64,000 nucleotides of DNA, from contig NC_058368.1 in assembly GCF_018350175.1 (NCBI RefSeq), forward strand, positions 100,876,001-100,940,000, in the 5' to 3' direction. The notes beneath the pieces were generated by a model, which did no database searches, was not told the origin of the DNA, and saw only the letters and a program-made list of their open reading frames with translations. Within the stretch, counting starts at the first letter, position 1, and the number at the start of each line of letters is the position of its first letter. The translations under genes were made by a program, and so were the position numbers. Positions 34,311 to 46,522 of the stretch are shown in pieces. This DNA comes from Felis catus (Eukaryota).

Positions 34311-37300
34311 ACATTTTTACTGAATAAACAAATCAACTGGAGTCATAAGTGAGAGTAAATAATTTATCTAAGATGGCATGACTACTTACTACCAAAATTG
34401 AGATAAAACTCACAGCCCTGCCACGGCCTGGTTTTTGTTTCTTTACTAGTAGTCTCTGTCCATGCACGTGACTTGTTCATTCTGATTGCCTGAGGAAGAT
34501 GTGCTGCTGACATTGTTTCCAGGGGTACCTCGATATCTGTGTTCTGTTTCTAGCTCCTCTGTGGGGTTGGTTCCTTCTGGTACGTTCCTTGTGCCCCCTT
34601 GTAGCGTTTCATCACCGGAGCCCTGCTTTGTGGTTTTGGTGTTTTAAGGTCAGAAGTTGAATGTTTACCTACTTTTCTTAATTCTGTCAAGTGACTATTT
34701 CAGGTTTTGTGTTTGTAATTCTTGGTGCTTTTATATTTTAGAAGCTTTCACTCTGAGTCCCAATCTTGGTGTTTCCTTGTAAAATGCTTTTGTTTCGAAT
34801 GGTAGATCTGGGGCCTTTGGCTTTATCCATCTCAAATTCTGTGGTAGCTATTTCTTTGCCCTTATTGACTCACTTTAAAGAAAGAGCCTGTTTATTTAAC
34901 AGTGGCGTGTCGTCTGTTTTCCCATAGTACAATCTCTGACCCGAAACTAGGTTGAATTGTAACCCTCCTTACATAAGCTGCCTGGACTGCCTGGAAACTG
35001 TCAGTTCAGCCTTCTCTGGTGGGTGATTTGGGATGTGGGCTCGTTATGCTTGCATGGCAAACTCTAAGTCATGATTCTTTTTCTCCGCTCTAGACTGTAC
35101 AGAAAATTTACTGGCTGGCCTTAATTTTGTTATTGAGATCGACAAAACTTCACCACAGTCCCTTTTCATTTGCTCTACAAATACTTAAAGACTGCTCCCC
35201 TGGGGTAAACATCTCTCCTTGCTCTACACATGCCATAGGGATAGACCTCTGGTCTTGCTCTGGCTTCTCCATGGAAAAGACGATCTCATGTGACAATGAC
35301 ATGATGAAAAATGTGGCCTCCAGACCGAGCCTGGTAATCCTGTAGAAGAGTGATTCAATATGGCCCTGGTATGCAGGTCTTCAACTTCATTATGGAATTA
35401 AAGGAAGAAGCGTGCTGTTTGCTTGCTTGCTTGTGTCTGTTTTTAATTTTTTCCCCTTGGCTTCATACTTGCTTGTCCGACCTTTGTGAAGGAGGATTTG
35501 AAGAAACCACGCTAGGGTGGTTTTACATTTGCAGCTAATGGTGGTAGTAATAATGCTCATCATCCCTTTCTAGGCCTCGGGGTAAGGACCCTATCCAAAA
35601 TCCATTAGCACAGATTCTAGAAATCATGAAGGTGAGTTCTTTGCATATCATCTAAATTAATCTAAGAGTTAGTTAGAATGGTTACTCTAGTTTTATGGAG
35701 TTCAAGGTAAATCATTTAGCACAATTTTGAATGGTGCTGACAGACCAAATCATTAAGAGCAATGATGATTTTTCTGGAGCGTGTAGACAGCATAGGGACA
35801 AGGGCACCTATGGCACTATTTGATAATTGATTTTGCAAAAAAGGCTCCTCATGACCATAACTGTTGCGTGGTTATGACGCTTTTGAAAAGGCATTTATTT
35901 TTCTGATCCTTAGTCTTTTTAGCTGTAAAATGATAACATTCACCTGTACCTTATGCCTCTCATTGGTTAGTAAATAATATCACCCTACTGAGATGAGTGA
36001 GGATGATTAACTGATTGATCCATGACCGTGAGTGTTTCATAGGCGTTTTGGCTTGCGTATAGTGGTTCCATTCACAGAATCTATTGTTTGCCCAAGACCA
36101 GTGTTAAGTGACCACGTAATGCATGTACCGCCATTTGCCAAGAGATGGAAAGCCAAACTGTGTCCTTGGATGCCTACCAGAGAAGTTGCAGACCCCGTTT
36201 ACAGCTATTTCCTAGGACATTTTGGAAATCTAATTTGGTTTATCTCATTGGGCTAGCACTTTTGTGTGCTGCTTGATATTAATTCTGTCTTTCTTCTTGA
36301 CTAAATTTTAAGCCTTGGAAGTTCTGTCCTGTGTGTATTACTGAGCTTAGCAGACATTAGGAATTTAATAAATATTTTGTAGCCTTTAGAGCCGAAAGGG
36401 TACTTGTTGGCCATCTAGTTTAACATTCTCACATAGTTACAGATGGAGGGAAAGAGGAAATCCGGGGAGTTAGGTGGTTTACCAGAGTCACAGAGTCCTG
36501 GACACAGAGCAGAAAGACATTTCTGAAATGTCGTTTCCTCCTCTTTAGAACGTACAGCATTGCCTTTGAACAAAGTTTAAATGAAGATTAAAACTTGTGT
36601 TTTATGAAAGCACACTTTATGTAATATTTTAAATAGGTCTCTCCCCATACAAATTCAAGTGTGTGTGTGTGTCTAATCTGTAGAAAAATTTATTTTATAC
36701 TCTGGGTGCAGTTCCAACTTTTTGCCACTTATTAAGACTTCAGAGATACAAACCAGTAGCTCAGTAATTGCTTTCTTGAATCTGCCTTTAATAATTACAT
36801 TTAGTAAAGCTGTATCGAAAATTAGAAAGGCAGAGACTAATGGAAAACTAGATTTTTCACTGAATTAGAAAGCAAGACAATCCATATATTGACAACACTT
36901 CAAGTTGAAACAGATCAGGAAAACTGTTTTGGACTGTTTGTGCAGAGAGGCAAACCCAGGCCTGATGGCCACTGGCATCCGCATTTTATGGAAGCAGAGA
37001 AACTCCAAGAGATCTCATGTAAATCGGCATGTTGCAAGGAGAGAGTCCAGGCCTGATTTAGGAACAAGTCATTTGAATCTTTTAAAGCCTGGAATTTCTC
37101 CTTGGTACTAACAAAGAAGTAAAAAATGAACAATTGCGTTAATGAAGTGAGAATACCTTCAAATTAAAAACTGTACTCACTTGGGGGTCCTGTCTTGCAG
37201 TCAGAAAGAAACCCGACCAGGAAGATGGTGGACGGGCTTCACGTGGCTTACTTCTGTGGCATTTGGTGTCAGGTTTTGACTGTGTGGCCGGAAAAATTAG

Positions 37301-38604
37301 TCATTTTAGTTTGATTGCGTTTTGAGAAAGCATATGAAAGAAACGCCAACAGTGTATCAACTCAGAGTTGTTTAGGTCCTGGGAAAATAATAAAAAGTGA
37401 CCTCCAATGACGTTAAGTAAAAGTGCAGAACAGAAATACTACCTCCTCTCCCCCTGTCAGGTGGACAGTATGTTTTTGCACACTCTCCAGGACCAAGGCC
37501 AAGGAGGCTCTCATGCTCTGTCTCCCCTCCTGGCACCAGACCCGTTACATAGTGTACAGGCATCAAGTCAGTGAGCCGGGCTCACACTATGGAGGCACAA
37601 GGTTATTACAGCTTTAGAACAATGCCTTTAAAAGGGCTTGATGTGATGGGTCACATTATCATGGACTTCCTGGGTGAGTCCCTTTAACAGCAAACGGTCG
37701 GCCACATCCTTTCTGAGAGCCTCTGCTTGCTCACTACCTGTGGCACTGGGATGTGTCCCTGTAAGGTAAGAGGAAATGTCCAGAGACTAGAGAACTCAGG
37801 TGAATAGTCACATTCAGACGATAGCACCTGCTCTCAGGCCAAGGAAGAGAGAGGGGTGAGCATTTTGACAAAGGAAGCTGGTGGGATGAGAAGGCATGTG
37901 GTCTAATCTTTCGAAAACCACAGACCGACCTGGAGCTTATATAGGGCCCTCTGATTTCACAGCCAGAAACCGCACACGAGGTAGAGGAGGAATAGGAGAG
38001 GAGCAGGGTCGCCTGTTTCGAGAACTGAATTTGCTGTTTGGTAAAAGAGAGGTAGCAGAAGGCAATCCCCTGAACAGAATCTGATCCGGAAGACAGTGAT
38101 TTTGAACAGTGAGGTAAGCGTGCCTGGTCAGTTGCGAATGAGTTAACGTTTGTTTTCCCTCGTCATTGTGTGAAGCATAGCCCAGAAATGTGCATACCGC
38201 ACAGTCTGTACCTGAGAGCAGACTTCGAGAAAACCACTTGCGATCGAGAAGTACGCAGTTGTCATGCACAAGTCAAACATGAGCTGTCCCGGCTGATGAA
38301 CAGACAATAGAGATGAGAAATGATTTTCCTGTCTATATGGCTGCTAGATGTCAAAGAGGGACTTGGAACCCAAGATGCCTGAGTTACAACTTTTTTTTTT
38401 TTCATTTTGAACGTTTTCACTCAAAATTTTAGAAAATGCTATGAGATACACATCTTCGATGAGGAAAAATTGGAGGAAGAAACCCTGAAAAGTGAAGAAG
38501 AGAAAAACCTTATCTGTTCCTTTAGAACATTTTGGTATTTTTTTCCGTCCCATCTTTCTTTGTACTTAGTACCTACAAATATACACTGTTATGGTATTAT
38601 TTAC

Positions 38605-38718
38605 TTAATTTTTAAAGTATTTATTTACTTAAATAATCTGTACACCCAGTGTGGGGCTCAAACTTACGACCCCCAGTTCAAGAGTCACATGCTCTCTGAC
38701 TGAACCAGCCAGGTGCCC
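38605..38718 (-). mobile_element. Short old Can-SINE
   Basis: ...cccagtgtggggctcaaact...gactgaaccagccaggtgccc. Confidence 0.82.
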
Positions 38719-38789
38719 TGATCATGTATTTACTTAAATGCAAAACAGTGTACTCTTTCTGTAGCCTCTGCTTATGTTTAAAAATTTTA

Positions 38790-38883
38790 GGGGCACCTGG
38801 GTGGCTCAGTTGGTTGAGCCTCTGAGTCTGGGTTTCGGCTCGGGTCATGATCTCACGGTTTATGAGATTAGCCCCCCCCCACC
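38790..38883 (+). mobile_element. Can-SINE head only (3'-truncated)
   Basis: ggggcacctgggtggctcag...gatctcacggttt...agccccc, then unrelated sequence. Confidence 0.75.
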
Positions 38884-39949
38884 TTTGTAAAGGGGTAACT
38901 TTGGGAGAGCCATGGCAAGGAGTAATGGACATATAGGGAGTGAATATTTGCTTTCCCAAATGAAACTCATGTACTAGTTTCGGTTGGAGTTTCCCTACTT
39001 GTGCACTTTTTTTTTTTTTCCCCGATCCAGGAAGAGACTTTGTTAGAAAGTTGCCTTTAAATCTGTATGTTGTGCCCTGTGGGGAATGCATGGCATGAGG
39101 TTCATGGTTGCACTGGCTCCGTGCGTACAAAAACACTATGGAGAGAGGAAAAATCTGTTCATGTCCAGGCAATGGGGGTGGTTTAATTATGAATGCCTAA
39201 TACATGAAGCCTTAGAGAGGCTTGTGGAAAAGCTTTATCCTTGTTACCCTTGGGAACAGTGTGAGAGTCTTGAGATGTAGGCTTCGTTAGGTTAGTCCAG
39301 GCTCTAGGGAACAGGGGGGATTTGGGTTCTGCATTTTCAGTTTCTCTATAGAGACCACATATGTCCTATTACTAAGGGAAAATGATCCATACCGATAACA
39401 AAACACCTGCAAAATGATTACATTTTTGCAACTCAACACCTTTTCCTCAACTCATTGTTCCTGCTTTAAAGGAGTGAAACAAATTAAGTGATTATGATAT
39501 ATCATGTAACCAGGAGAATCTCTTTGTTTAGGGTAAAGAAATCAATATGAGAAGCTCTTGGAATAGCCTCCCCCCGCCCCCGCCTCCTCCTTAGCACCTC
39601 CTTATATATGGGCTTAGAAATGCTGATTCTACAGAAGAATGACAGTGATACATGCTGAGGCCGGCCTCGTTAGGCTCCAAACTTTGCCCCCATATCTGCG
39701 TGTCTGCCACTAGCATGTATCCTATAGGCTTAGGAAGGATGGCAATTGGTTAAATACAGCAATACAGTTGTGCGTTTTTCATTAGACATCAGATAGACTT
39801 CGTTTTTAAACACTCGTGTATCCGTGCGTTTTAAAAAGTAGGTTAACTGAAATTTAAGATAAACAAGAAACTTAAAGGAAAAGGTAAACAAGAAATAGAA
39901 GCTATTACTAAGTTAAGTGCTGTGATACAGTTTCCAAGTCTGGAATTCT

Positions 39950-40126
39950 GTCTTCCCAGTGGGACCCACTCTGACCATTCTGTTTAACACCGGCAACTTC
40001 CTGGGGAGCCTGGCAGCTCATTTGGTTAAGTGTCCAACTCTTGATTTTGGCTCAGGTCATGATCTTATGGTTTGTGAGTTTGAGCTCCACGTCGGGCTCT
40101 GTGGTGGCAGTGGAGTCTGCTTGGGA

Positions 40127-40164
<38 letters not shown>

Positions 40165-40510
40165 CTCCCTCTGCTCCTCCCCCACTCGAGCACTTGAACA
40201 CATGCTCTCACTCTCTGTCTCAAAAGAAGTAAACCTAGAAATAAAATTGCAACTTTCCTGCAGCACTCCCAATGCCTTTTACCTGATTCTGCTGGCCTCA
40301 CCCATACCAGATAATCACTTTCTAAAACACACTGTATAATTTAGTTATTGTTTTATAAATCTGTGGTTACCCATCTCCCCTGCTAGAATGTATGTTTCAT
40401 GAGGGCAGAACTCCTTGTCACTTCACTTCACTGATACCTTGAGTTCAGACCCCTTGAACAGGGCTTAACATGCTAAGTCCTTAATAAATACTTGGACAAA
40501 GTGATTGATG
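39950..40510 (+). mobile_element. L2 3' end interrupted by a SINE
   Basis: tctcccctgctagaatgtatgtttcatgagggcaga...ttcactga...ttaataaatacttgg. Confidence 0.65.
40003..40246 (+). mobile_element. Can-SINE with (CT)n expansion
   Basis: TSD gcaacttcctg/gcaactttcctg. Confidence 0.88.
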
Positions 40511-40546
40511 TCCTCATCATCATTGTCTTTACAGTGGGACAGTTTT

Positions 40547-41157
40547 ATTTATCTATTTATTTAAGTTTATTTTTTGAGAGAGACGGACACAGCACCATTG
40601 GGGGAGGGGCGGAGAGAAAGGGAGGGAGAGGATCCCAAGCAGGCTGCATGCTGCCAGCCCAGAGCCCAATGCAGGGCTCAAACCCACGAAGCTGCGAGAC
40701 CATGACCTGAGCCGAAACCAAGAGTTGGATGCTTAATCAACTGAGCCACGTAGGTGCCCCTATTTATTTTTAAAATATTTATTTATTTTTGAGAGAGAGA
40801 GAGAGAGGTAGAGGGAGGGAGGTTGTGAGGGGAGGAGGGGCAAAAAGAGAAGGAGACAGAATCCCAAGATGACCTGAGCCAGTCAAGAGTCAGATACTTA
40901 AGTGATTGAGCCACCCAGGCACCCCTACAGTGTGACAGTTTAAATTTTTTTAAATGCTTATATATGAGAGAGAGAGAGAGAGAGAGACAGAGCACAAGCA
41001 GGGGAGGGGCAGAGAGAGATGGAGACAAAATTCCAAACAGGCCCTAGGCTCTGAGCTACCAGCACAGAGCCTGATGCGGCGCTCGAACTCACGAACTGTG
41101 AGATCATGACCTGAGCCAAAGTCTCACACTTAACCGACTGAGCCACTCAGACGCTCC
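40547..41157 (-). mobile_element. Cluster of three antisense Can-SINEs (approx. 40560-40760, 40761-40925 internally deleted, 40945-41157)
   Basis: Three heads; the flank tacagtg(g/t)ga(c/t)agttt occurs three times (40530, 40926, 41158). Confidence 0.9.
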
Positions 41158-41703
41158 TACAGTGTGATAGTTTTAAACCAGGCTTCTATTGGGACAGTAA
41201 AAAACGTGATAAACATTTTTTTCTTGGGAAGAATTGAAATTCTGAGTTTAGAAAGAAGGCTGAGAATTCCACAATCTTAAAGAGCTTACGTCTTGTAGGT
41301 CTTACAGGTCCATTCTGTATGGACAGATCCCCTCTAACCCCTTTCTGTTGAACAGAAGCTTCTTTCTCCTCAACAGGAATAATAGAATACCTCTTTAGGA
41401 TTCTCAATTGTAGAGTTGACAAAATGGTCTGCAGCCTTTCATGGGTATAGAGCTTGTACCTCCCCGCCTGCTCTCTGCCCATGTTTCAAAGCTGAGCAGT
41501 AGAGCTTTGAAGCTGACATGTATATTGCAGATTGCCTATAGTCAAACAGCCTTTACTTTCTGGGGTCCAGTAAAGACTCCAAGTTCAACATTTAGAGAAC
41601 ACAGGACAATCTTGGATCTCACCTTCTTGGTGCCTATAGAAATATGGAGCCCAGGTCATTAGGAATGAGACCAGTAATTCTCAGCCATTCAAACTTACTC
41701 TTT

Positions 41704-41923
41704 TTTAAAAAAATTTTTTTTTAATGTTTATCCATTTTTGAGACAGAGAGAGACAGAGCATGAATGGGGGAGGGTCAGAGAGAGGGAGACACAGAATCCG
41801 AAACGGGCTCCAGGCTCTCAGCTGTCAGCACAGAGCCCGACGCGGGGCTCGAACTCACGGACCGCGAGATCATGACCTGAGCCGAAGTCGGCTGCCTAAC
41901 CGACTGAGCCACCCAGGCGCCCC
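41704..41923 (-). mobile_element. Can-SINE, CpG-rich (fairly young)
   Basis: Perfect 15-bp TSD tcaaacttactcttt (41689-41703 / 41924-41938). Confidence 0.94.
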
Positions 41924-42194
41924 TCAAACTTACTCTTTACACCTTTTTTGGTTAAGAAAAAATCTATCTGTCTACACATGTATGTATATGTATATAGGTG
42001 TATGTATATCTACATAGAGAATGCTTTAAAGTTTTTGATCTTCTGAATTGTGTAGATTTTTGTAGTGAGAATATGTTTTTTAAGAAATGAGTGTAGGGCA
42101 TTATGGTGCTTCAGTGTGTTAGAGAAATCAAGACAGTTTATAGCCTCAGATTTCATTTAGGCTTGTAAGAAACACAGTGACATTCAGGAAGATA

Positions 42195-42435
42195 CTAGAA
42201 CGTATGGAGTACCAACTGTATGCCAGGCTGGGTGCTAAGTGTTTCATATACCTTGTCTTATTTATTTACTCCATCACCAGCCCCAAGCAGTAGGTATTAT
42301 CTTCCCTATTTTACATATGAGGAAACTAAGGCTTCGAGTGGGTGAGCAATGTCTACAACGAAACACCACTAGCAAATGGCAGATCTGGATGTCATTTGTA
42401 TCTGACTCCAGACTGGTGCTCTATCTACCATATTG
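42195..42435 (-). mobile_element. MIR
   Basis: actgtatgccaggc...taggtattatcttccctattttacatatgaggaaactaaggct...tctgactccaga. Confidence 0.8.
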
Positions 42436-42529
42436 TGTATAGCTTCTACAGAATAGTACTGATTATTTAGAAGACTCGTAGTTTCTTTAAAAAGTAAAAT
42501 ACAAACTAGAAAAAAGGACTACTAGTTTC

Positions 42530-42732
42530 TTTTTTTTAAGTTTATTTATTTATTTTGAGAGAGAAAGTGTGAGTGGGGGAGGGGCAGAGAAAGAGGGGGA
42601 GAGAGAATCCCAAGCCGGCTGTGTACTCCTGGTGCAGAGCCCACTGTGGGGCTCAGGCTCATGAACCTTGAGATCGTGACCTGAGCCAAAATCAAGGGTC
42701 AGACATTCAACTGACTGAGCAACCAGGTGCCC
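42530..42732 (-). mobile_element. Can-SINE
   Basis: TSD gactactagttt/gactcctagttt. Confidence 0.9.
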
Positions 42733-43019
42733 TGACTCCTAGTTTGTTTTTACTAAAACTATTTTCATAGCTTCCGGGTTCTCATGAACAGTGTTCTTTT
42801 GACCAAGAGCAACACATTTTCTATAAGAAGCCATCTTATCTTGCACAATCTACCTCTGTCATGTCTAACTTACTGATTGTTTTCCTAACAAAAATAACTC
42901 ATCTTACCCTTTTGCTGTAAGACTGCTGTGCTGGCCTATGGTGTAGTCATGTTCTCTGCAGCATGTTGTCCCGCCATTAATTACTTGCTCACTCTTTCTG
43001 TCCCTCTTTCCTTCCTCGT

Positions 43020-43153
43020 TTATTTTGTGGATTCAACCTGTTCTATTGCCAGATGCCATTTAAGGCAGCAGACCAATAACAGTGAACAAAATAGATGACC
43101 TGCCTGCCCTTAGAGAATTTGTAATTTAGTGGGGAAACAGTAAAACAACTAGC

Positions 43154-43199
<46 letters not shown>

Positions 43200-43750
43200 T
43201 GGGGACAGAGAATGGTGGCGAGAGTCTCTGATTTAGATGGAGTAGTTAGATAACACCTCTCAGAGACGGTGACCATGTACAGCATTTGAACAAAATGAGG
43301 GAAACGCTTTCAAGTAGAAGAAGCATGTCAAACCCTAGAGTTGGGAATGTGCTCCATCCATTTGGTAGTCAACAAGGACACTGGCATAGCTGGACCAGGG
43401 TGAGGAAGACGGGTGTGCTAGAGAAATGGAGGAGGGGAGGGATGGGTTCTGGAGCTGGAGGGTGTAGGGCCCGGTAGTGCGGGTTAAGGACTTGAATTCT
43501 GTTCTGGGAGTGATGGAAATCCACTGGAAAGATTTAAGCAGGGCAGCGGTATGATCTGATAGAGGGTTGCCAAGGGCCACTTTGGCTGCTCTGAAACACA
43601 CATTGTTTCAGGGCAAGAGTAGAGCAGAGAGACCAGTTGGGAGGTTGGCAGGTGAGATCTCAGGCCTGGAAGGAGAAAGACACTTTAGATTTGCACAGGA
43701 CCCAAAGGTTGGCAAAGACACTGGCTCATGACTTGGATGACTTGTGACAC
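43020..43750 (-). mobile_element. L2 fragment with an internal (TG)n at 43156-43198
   Basis: cagtgaacaaaataga...cctgcccttagagaattt...tagtgggga; ccactggaaagatttaagcaggg...atgatctgat. Confidence 0.7.
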
Positions 43751-43829
43751 TTTTCACAAAAGTCTCAATATCCTCATACACTGGGTTCAAGTGGACACTG
43801 TTTTATTGAACAGGTCGTTTCTTTAAAAA

Positions 43830-44041
43830 AAAAACTTTTTTTAATGTTTATTTTTGAGAGAGAAAGACAGAGTGTGAGCAAGGAAAGGGCAAAGAGAGAG
43901 GGAGACAGAATCCAAAGCAAGCTCTAGGCTCTGAGCCATCAGCACAGAGCCCGATGTGGGGCTTGAACTCAACGAACCATGAGATCATGACCTGAGCCAA
44001 AGTTGAAGGCTTAACCAATGGAGCCACCACCCAGGCTGCCC
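43830..44041 (-). mobile_element. Can-SINE
   Basis: TSD tgaacaggtcgtttct/tgaacaggtcatttct. Confidence 0.92.
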
Positions 44042-45489
44042 TGAACAGGTCATTTCTAAAGCCTGACCTCCATTCTGAAAACCACTTGTTCAAGAGCTCT
44101 TGGGGAAGACCTGGAAATTTTGTTTGACCTCAACAGTATCATGAATCAGCAGTGAGACAGGGCTTCCAAACCCATACAGGTAGATACAGATCGCAGCTCT
44201 GGAATCTTTAACGCAGATTGAGCGAAGTCAGGATTCCTCTGGGACTTAGATGCCAGTCAAGTCTCTTCAGGAGCACATGATTCCCATTGGGTATTGACAG
44301 AGGTGGCTGCAGAGACCCACCATGTGTATGCACTGCAGGGTGAAGAAGTTCTGGTGATGGAGAGCAAAGTACTTCTCACTCGTAGAGATGAACGGATATG
44401 GTCAGTAAGTTACTCTCATGCAGGGTCATCTTTTCCCCTCTTAGTCCACCAAGACGTCTACCCTCCTTTATGCTGATAAAAACAGTTGTAGCCGTGACTC
44501 AATGTTGATAATGAGATTAGTAGGTAAGACTGTTGTTTGGGTTCTTGCTAAATACCAGACAGGGGGGCAAATTATTCACATTGATAATCACATTTAATCC
44601 CAGCAATAGATCTGTTTGAAAGGTACCGTTGGCCCAAATCATGGAGTGTTAGGACAGCTCAGAGGAGAGCAGCAGGAAACACAGGATTCAAACCCAGGTG
44701 GTTTGATTGAAGAGCTAGAACTCTGACCCTCTGTGTTGTACTGCAAATCTGATGGGTGAAATAATTTCACACTTGTAATTTATGCATATTATGGGATAAA
44801 TAGTTTTTTTTTTTATGAGTTGGAATACTTTGTACTTATTCTATGAGAAAATCCATGCTGAGTTTTAGAGTACTTCAACTATGAATTCTGGAGGTCAATT
44901 CCATTCACTAAGTGGAGAAATGCCTCTCTTTCCTGAGTCCTGAATTCAACATCTTAGAAGAAACAATGACAATCTGTATTTTATCCAAAAGGTGGTCAGT
45001 ACTGCAAAACCTGAACACCAAGTCATCTGGTGTTTGAGAGAAGTTTAATTTGGAAGGGGAAGGCTTTTAAAATACAGCAAAGGCTTCCGACTGCCTCATT
45101 GGTAAAACCATACACCCCAGTGTGAACATCTCTTCCTACATGGTCCAATCCAGTCTTCTGGTTTTAAATGACATTCACACACTCTTGATGACTCCCAGAT
45201 TTAGATGTCTGACTAAGACCCAGGCTGTCAGTTCACTGCTGCTCAACATGGTCACATGGTGTTCTCCCATGCATCTCAAACTTAACATGGGGTGCCTGTT
45301 TCCTGGCAGCTGTAGCACTGGGGTCCCCGTTTCCTTGCGCTTGTAGAGCTCCTGTTTGCTGGACCCAGACTGGTGGACGTATGGTCTTCCCAGCTCAGGA
45401 TGCCTCCACCATCCTTCATGTTGTTCAGGCCCCAAACCTCCCCATTATATTTGGTTCCTCTTTCTTCTTCCTTTGAGAAAATTAGAAAA

Positions 45490-45541
45490 AAATGTTTATT
45501 TAATTTTGAGGGGGGAGGGGCAGAGAAGGGGAAGAGGGAGG

Positions 45542-45580
<39 letters not shown>

Positions 45581-45719
45581 ACGAGAGCAAGAGAGCCTCC
45601 CAAGCAGGCTCCACAGTTAGTGCAGAGCCTGATGTGGGGCTCAAACTCATGAACTGCGCGATGTAATGACCTGGACTGAAATCAAGAGTCTGTTGCTCAA
45701 CTGAGCCACTCAGGCACCC
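45490..45719 (-). mobile_element. Can-SINE with (GA)n, inside an L2 region (approx. 45150-47040)
   Basis: TSD tggttcctcttt; flanks resemble L2 (catctcaaacttaacatg; ttcctgaccaccctat). Confidence 0.85.
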
Positions 45720-45918
45720 TGGTTCCTCTTTTTTTAAACAGACTCCGCTTTTCGTTGTCAGTCTGTGCTTTTCTTTCTGCTTCCGTTCACGTCTTGGTGC
45801 CACCATTCAGACCTCTTTTACCAACTCTTCTCCCTCCTGATCACTGCAGGCACATAACATGTCAAATATCTCCATGGACCCCTCTGCCCATCCCCAGTAT
45901 TGTCACTTCCTTCAGGCC

Positions 45919-46522
45919 TATGGTAAAGGGACTAATGGTCCAAGAATGTCTATACCCTAATCCCCAGACCCACGAATATGTCACCTTATGTGTCGAAAGG
46001 ACTTCATACTTGTGATTAAGGTTAAGGACCTTGAGTCATCGAGGCTATTTTGTATTTTCTCAGTGAGCCCAGTATAATCACCTGAGTCCTTAAAAGTGGA
46101 AGAGAATGCAGGAAAGCAGGTAAGAGAAGTGTCACATGAGAAGGACTGCTTGGCTGGTTTTGAAGATGGAGAAAGCGGGCCATAAACCAAAGATCACAGG
46201 CAGCCTCTAGAAGGTGGGAGCCATGTACTAGGCTGACAGCCAGTGAGGAAAAGGGGACCACCATTCTACAAGTGCAAGGAAACGGGGCCCCCAGTGCTAC
46301 AGCTGCCTGGAAACGGGGACCACAGTCTTAGACCCACAAGAGACGGAAACCTTTTCTCCCAGTGAGCCATCGAAGGGAACACCGCCCCACCAGTACCTTG
46401 ATTTTAGCCCCATGAACGTGAGGCAGAGAAGGCCGCCAGCCACACTGCCCTCCTCGCCCACAGAGCTGTGACAGAAGAAATGGCACTTTGTGTTTGTGCA
46501 GTACGAGTAGGAAACTAATACA
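45919..46522 (+). mobile_element. MaLR solo LTR, MLT1D/E-like
   Basis: Starts tatggta...ctaatccccagacccacgaatatgtcacctta...gtgattaag and ends ggaaactaataca; 5-bp TSD aggcc/aggtc. Confidence 0.85.

Noticed and set aside
35849..35877. Small hairpin tcatgaccat-N9-gtggttatga
   Set aside because: A 10-bp stem needing G-U pairs is expected by chance in 64 kb and is too short for a pre-miRNA.
35762..35906. Possible C/D snoRNA (ATGATGA ... CTGA)
   Set aside because: No terminal stem or recognisable rRNA guide; the boxes are common chance motifs.
37661..38119. Other strong-looking donors (TGG|GTGAGT at 37674, GAG|GTAAGC at 38114; also CAG|GTAAGC at 49664)
   Set aside because: No compelling paired acceptor or frame relationship; indistinguishable from background cryptic sites.
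40530..41174. Short direct repeats separated by long spacers, superficially CRISPR-like
   Set aside because: The repeats are TSDs and the spacers are SINEs; this is eukaryotic DNA with no cas genes.
44080..44450. Possible L3/CR1 remnant (and an old L1/HAL1-like stretch at ~50250-52300)
   Set aside because: Resemblance is too weak to assign or bound without a profile search.
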